Source: the human T2T-CHM13v2.0 reference genome, Homo sapiens. Taken from it: a stretch of DNA of 64,000 bases. Each line of letters opens with the position of its first letter. Position 1 is the stretch's first letter. The stretch lies in the NCBI RefSeq assembly GCF_009914755.1, contig NC_060933.1, one strand, 5' to 3'. Of this stretch, positions 58,943 to 64,000 are shown one piece after another. The notes under the pieces were generated by a model. The model had not been told where the DNA came from. It was given only the letters and a program-made list of their open reading frames with translations, and did not search any database. The translations under genes and the position numbers were made by a program.

Positions 58943-59210
58943 GGCTGGGTGCGGTGGTTCACGCCTGTAATCCCGGCACTTTGGGAGGCCAAAGTGAGTA
59001 GATTGCCAGGTGTTTGAGACCAGCTTGGACAACATGGTGAAACCCCATCTCTACAAAAAATATGAAAAAAATTAGCTGGGTATGGTGGTGCATCCCTATA
59101 GTCCCAGCTGAGGTGGGAGGATCACCTGAGCCTGGGGAGGTCAGCGCTGCAGTGAGCTGCGATCGTGCCACTGCACTCTAGGTTTGGGCGATAAAGTGAG
59201 TTTTTAAAAA
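58943..59210 (+). mobile_element. AluJ-like element in intron 16
   Basis: ctctcaattct TSD. Confidence 0.88.
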
Positions 59211-59396
59211 AAAACAAAAAAAACCCCAAATATCTCAAACCAAACAAAAACAAAAAAAACCCCCAACTCTCAATTCTGAGGGTTGAACCAACTTCCTTAT
59301 GTAGCTCAGGAATGCAGCACATTTGTAATGCAAATTAAAAACTCATTGAAAGATTGCTTCCCAGCACAAAACTTCCTTTATAAATACACAACATAC

Positions 59397-59474
59397 CTTA
59401 AGATTAAATCCAAATTTTCCATCTTCATCTGGTGTGATACGGATCAAGACTAAGTAGCTGTCACCATTATCATT
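59397..59474 (-). CDS. PTPN3: PTPN3 coding exon 16 ([26 protein letters not shown]; PDZ start), 78 nt
   Basis: ttccag|AAT ... AAG|gtatgt; PDZ carboxylate-binding loop GKFGF. Confidence 0.97.
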
Positions 59475-59626
59475 CTGGAAAACGGTTTGAAAGTGGTCAT
59501 TTGCATCACATCTCTCTCCAGCAGTTGGTGATAAGATATTTTCATTTAGTTAGAGCTACTCAGCTGCCCACAAGAGGCCGGGAAGCCCTGGGTGGGTGGA
59601 TCACCCGGCTGCCTGCGCTCGCTCAC

Positions 59627-59813
59627 CTTGTCACAGTAGTACTGGCTGGCGTCCTCGGTGGAGCCCCCTTTGGTCACCCTGTGGAAGTCATCTAAGAGCT
59701 GCTGATCAACGCCGTCAGGTGAGCAGGAGCCTGGAGCATTTGAAGATGGAGACACAGAACTGGATGACTTCTGGGTCAGGTAGCTTTGTGCCGGATTGTT
59801 CTCGGATAAACTC
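59627..59813 (-). CDS. PTPN3: PTPN3 coding exon 15 (Ser-rich linker, ...[25 protein letters not shown]...YYCDK), 187 nt
   Basis: Translation matches PTPH1. Acceptor ...ccccatgatgaag|GAG, donor AAG|gtgagc. Contains the S459-P site. The 5' boundary could be 59810 (NAGNAG). Confidence 0.93.
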
Positions 59814-60399
59814 CTTCATCATGGGGAAGGAGGAGATATTAATAACTGGGTTAATATTTTATTAGAGCAAACACTACTGACTGTAGGGGCCTGGCAGCTG
59901 GGGGCTGTATGTTTCCCTGGAACCTCAGCTGCATAGGTTGTCAGCGGGATTTGAGTACACCCAGGGCCCACTGACCACCCCTGACCGCATCTGGCCTAGA
60001 CACTGTCACATGGTTTTGGGGAAAAGGGATAGGAGGCAGGGTGGATCTGGAAACTGCTGAAAACTTTGCTCCCTTCCCCGCTGCTTTAGAAGGGTGACAG
60101 GGAAATGTGTCCAGCTCCTCTGGTGGTTTCATTACTGAACCAGGCTCTGCCAGGCAAGCTCATGCAGATGCACAGCCCATCCCTTCTGAAAGCTTTTTTC
60201 CTTCTGTCTCACTTCTGCGGATGGTTCTGCTTCATAGGACTCTTGCCTCCTCAAAGGAAACAGGACTGTTGTTGTTGTGCGTTCAGGAGAATTTATATTA
60301 TTCCTAGTTGGCATGATTTGCCTGTGACATCCATGAACTGCCACGCTGAGATCTTGTTACATTTTCCTCTATCGAATATAGTTTCTTCTGTATCGTGGA

Positions 60400-60582
60400 G
60401 CTGCACTGTCTAGTATGGTAGCCACTAGTTATATGTGGCTACTTAAATTTAAATAAATTAAGACAAGAAACCAGCCATACTTCACATGCTCACTAGCCAT
60501 ATGCGGCCAGTGGCTCCCGTATGAGACAGTGCAGTCAGAGAACATTTCACCACGGCAGGAAGTCCTGCTGGACAGCGCTGTC
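60400..60582 (+). mobile_element. MER3-like DNA transposon
   Basis: ctgcactgtctagtatggtagccactag...ggacagcgctg. Confidence 0.75.
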
Positions 60583-61610
60583 TTAGAGAGTTACAGATGA
60601 TGAAAACGGAACAGAACTTTGTGGTCATTTGTTCTAACTCCCAGTTCACAGATGAAGAAGCTGAGGTCAGGAGAGGCTGAGTAACTTGCCCAGGGTCACA
60701 TGGCTTTCCCCCGGCTTAGCAGACAGAAACCTGACCGATGTGCGTCCTAAGCCTTTCTTCCCTCTCCAGACCATGCAGAGCCCACTTCCAAGACCCCTAT
60801 TTCTAACCCCTCAGAGTCACAGGGATTAACCATCCCTGCTGTCACTGTACAGGACAGGACCCTTGAGTCTCTGCATCACCCACACCAGCCCCTTCCGGTG
60901 CCACAGGCCCAGCACAGACACCTTACAGAGCTGATGACTATGGGGCTCTCCTACATTCTAAGACTCTGCCCCACCCTAACCTCATCCAAAGTGAAGTGAG
61001 GGGAGAAGCGCAGAGACCAAGTCATTCAGTGAAACCCAGACAAAAGACAGCTGCTACTGCCTCTTTCTTGACCTTCATTTCAAGCCCTTATCCATGGATT
61101 TTTTATGAAATTGGTGCTTCTCTTTCTCCTAGTGAGTTTAAATGAGCCTAATTTAAATATAAAATCTGTATCATAGTCACACAGAATGATTCATAATCAC
61201 AATCTATTTGAATAAAATATTCAGTGACAGACCAATGGAGAAACACAGCGATACAGTAGGACAAGAGTCTGGCCTTATGGTGTCCAAGTGGCTGGTTGGG
61301 GGTAGGGTGTTATGGATGGGAAGGCATTTCAGAGACAGAATATTTTGGAATTGAAGTTGTATACAAGTTTTCAGATTGAAAAAGCATGACTTTCACTTAC
61401 GTAAAAGGAAGCTTTACAAAATTCCCCCCAAATACGGCATCTTTGCTGGGTTTCACTGTTTACAAGAGCATCACCCAGTGGCAGAAAGGGCAACTGCTTG
61501 GCAGTTACAAAACAAGTTAAAATGGTATTTCCAGTTCTCGTTCTGTCTGTCTCTGTCTCTGTCTCTACCTCTGTCTCCCTCTCTCTCCCTCCCTGCACCC
61601 CCCCAATCCA

Positions 61611-62654
<1,044 letters not shown>

Positions 62655-63654
62655 TGCCCTAACCTATTTTCTAAGCAGGGTTGGAGGGGTTACTCTTAGT
62701 CATTTATTTCAACAAATGGCTGATTTTTGGCCTGCTCAACTGTGTACACAGGTGCTCTGTAGGGCGCGGTGATATTCTGTTCAGTGTGCAAGATGGACAG
62801 ACAGACGAGGAAGAGGACATCAAATGAGGAGATGCAATGAGTAAGTGGCAGCTGGCCACAGCACAGGGTGGCCAGGGGTGAAGGCACCAAAGCCCTAGTG
62901 CCTCCTCTGTCGCTGGGCAGAATGCAGTGCGGCTGAGGAGCGCAGGGGAGTTGCCCCATGAATTCCACAAGTGGAGTGAAGAAAGGGGCAGGATGAGGGA
63001 TGCAAGAAGATGGTGAGGATGGGATGGAGCCAATGACAAGGGGGAGGAAGGAGCAGAAGAGGTTTGTCCCTGAGGCAGGACGGGGAAGACACCATGGAAG
63101 AGCCAGTGTGGGACTGACCACATCCTGGTTCTTAGGGAGAAAGGGGCAGAGACAGAGAAATGTGAGACACAGACTGACCATCAGGCAGACAAACAAGTAT
63201 TCACCCTCCAGAAAACACATGCTTCTGAACTGTAAAGGCAGCAGGCATCAGAAAGAAACACTCCCATGAAAGAGACACTCCCGCACGAAGCTCTCCCTAA
63301 ACCCTAGAAAATTAAAGACCTCCCCGCCCCGCCGCCTGTGAAAGGAGGCAAAGTCCTGCTCTCAAATTGTGGTGTGATGGAACAGGGGCCCTGTTTTGGG
63401 AGCTTCTCAAGGTCAGGAGACCCTAGTGCTCTTTCTGTTCCTCTCCTAGTACTCGGAACACAGGACCAGGCACACAGGGAGTACTCAACTGAAATGCTGA
63501 GTGAATGAAGAATAAAGCCTCTTGGCAAGGTACCAAGAGGATCACCCGAGGTGATTGGGTGAGTTACTCTAAAAGAGCAAGGAATTTACTCAGGAATCTG
63601 GAAGCTCAGGTGCAAAGTGAAGGCGAGTTAAATGGTTCTCATCTGCAAGATCAG

Positions 63655-63812
63655 AGCTTCTGAGAATGTGCTGTGCACAGGAACCAGCTGGGGTCCTGCT
63701 GAATGCAGAGTATGATTCGGCAGGCCTGTGTGGGTCTGAGATTCTGCATTCCGACCAGCTCTCAGGTGCTGCAGCTGCTGGCCTGTGGCCACAGCTGGAA
63801 TAGCACGGCGCT
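63655..63812. mobile_element. MER5A-like DNA transposon
   Basis: aatgcagagtatgattc...ctgagattctgcatt...ctcaggtgctgcagctgctggcctgtggccaca. Confidence 0.65.
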
Positions 63813-64000
63813 AGAGGAACTCATACCAGTTCACCCAGAGGGCACAGTTTCTTCTGAATAAAATTCCTGGAGAAATTTCCCACATGGCTCCTCACATAAG
63901 GGTCCTTGAGTAACAGAAAGAAGACTGTCTTCCAATACACATTTTTATGATGTGGAGACAGTCACCACAGGAAACAGCTCATCTGGGGCTGTAATAAATG

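Noticed and set aside
62696-63220. Longest ORF in the track (174 aa, minus strand)
   Set aside because: Low-complexity Pro/Leu/Cys-rich reading of an old purine-rich L2-like intronic repeat; no similarity to PTPN3 or any family I recognise

Overview
Primate, almost certainly human, genomic DNA. The right ~39 kb holds the 3' half of PTPN3 (PTPH1, a FERM-PDZ-PTP non-receptor tyrosine phosphatase) on the minus strand. Twelve coding exons (numbered 15-26 from my recollection of the reference transcript) have GT-AG boundaries and splice into one open frame. It covers the Ser-rich linker, the PDZ domain and the full PTP domain (KNRY, WPD, HCSAGIGRT, Q-loop), with the stop at 28952-28954. The 3' UTR has a canonical proximal poly(A) signal (~27650) and a non-canonical distal one (~25115). 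The left ~25 kb is intergenic and densely filled with Alu, MaLR/ERVL LTR, L1 and MER fragments. Almost all ORFs in the track are Alu-derived or chance. I found no evidence for a wholly new gene system. The best leads are: (1) a regulated 3' UTR architecture (alternative polyadenylation that adds an antisense Alu with a (UG)32 tract, plus a Pumilio/miR-17 cluster); (2) a perfect 36-bp intronic palindrome centred on an NF-kB site; (3) two local duplications; (4) a NAGNAG acceptor; (5) a nested MaLR provirus just past the gene end; (6) very old LINE relics. Exon coordinates are read base by base. Repeat boundaries and subfamily calls are by eye and approximate.
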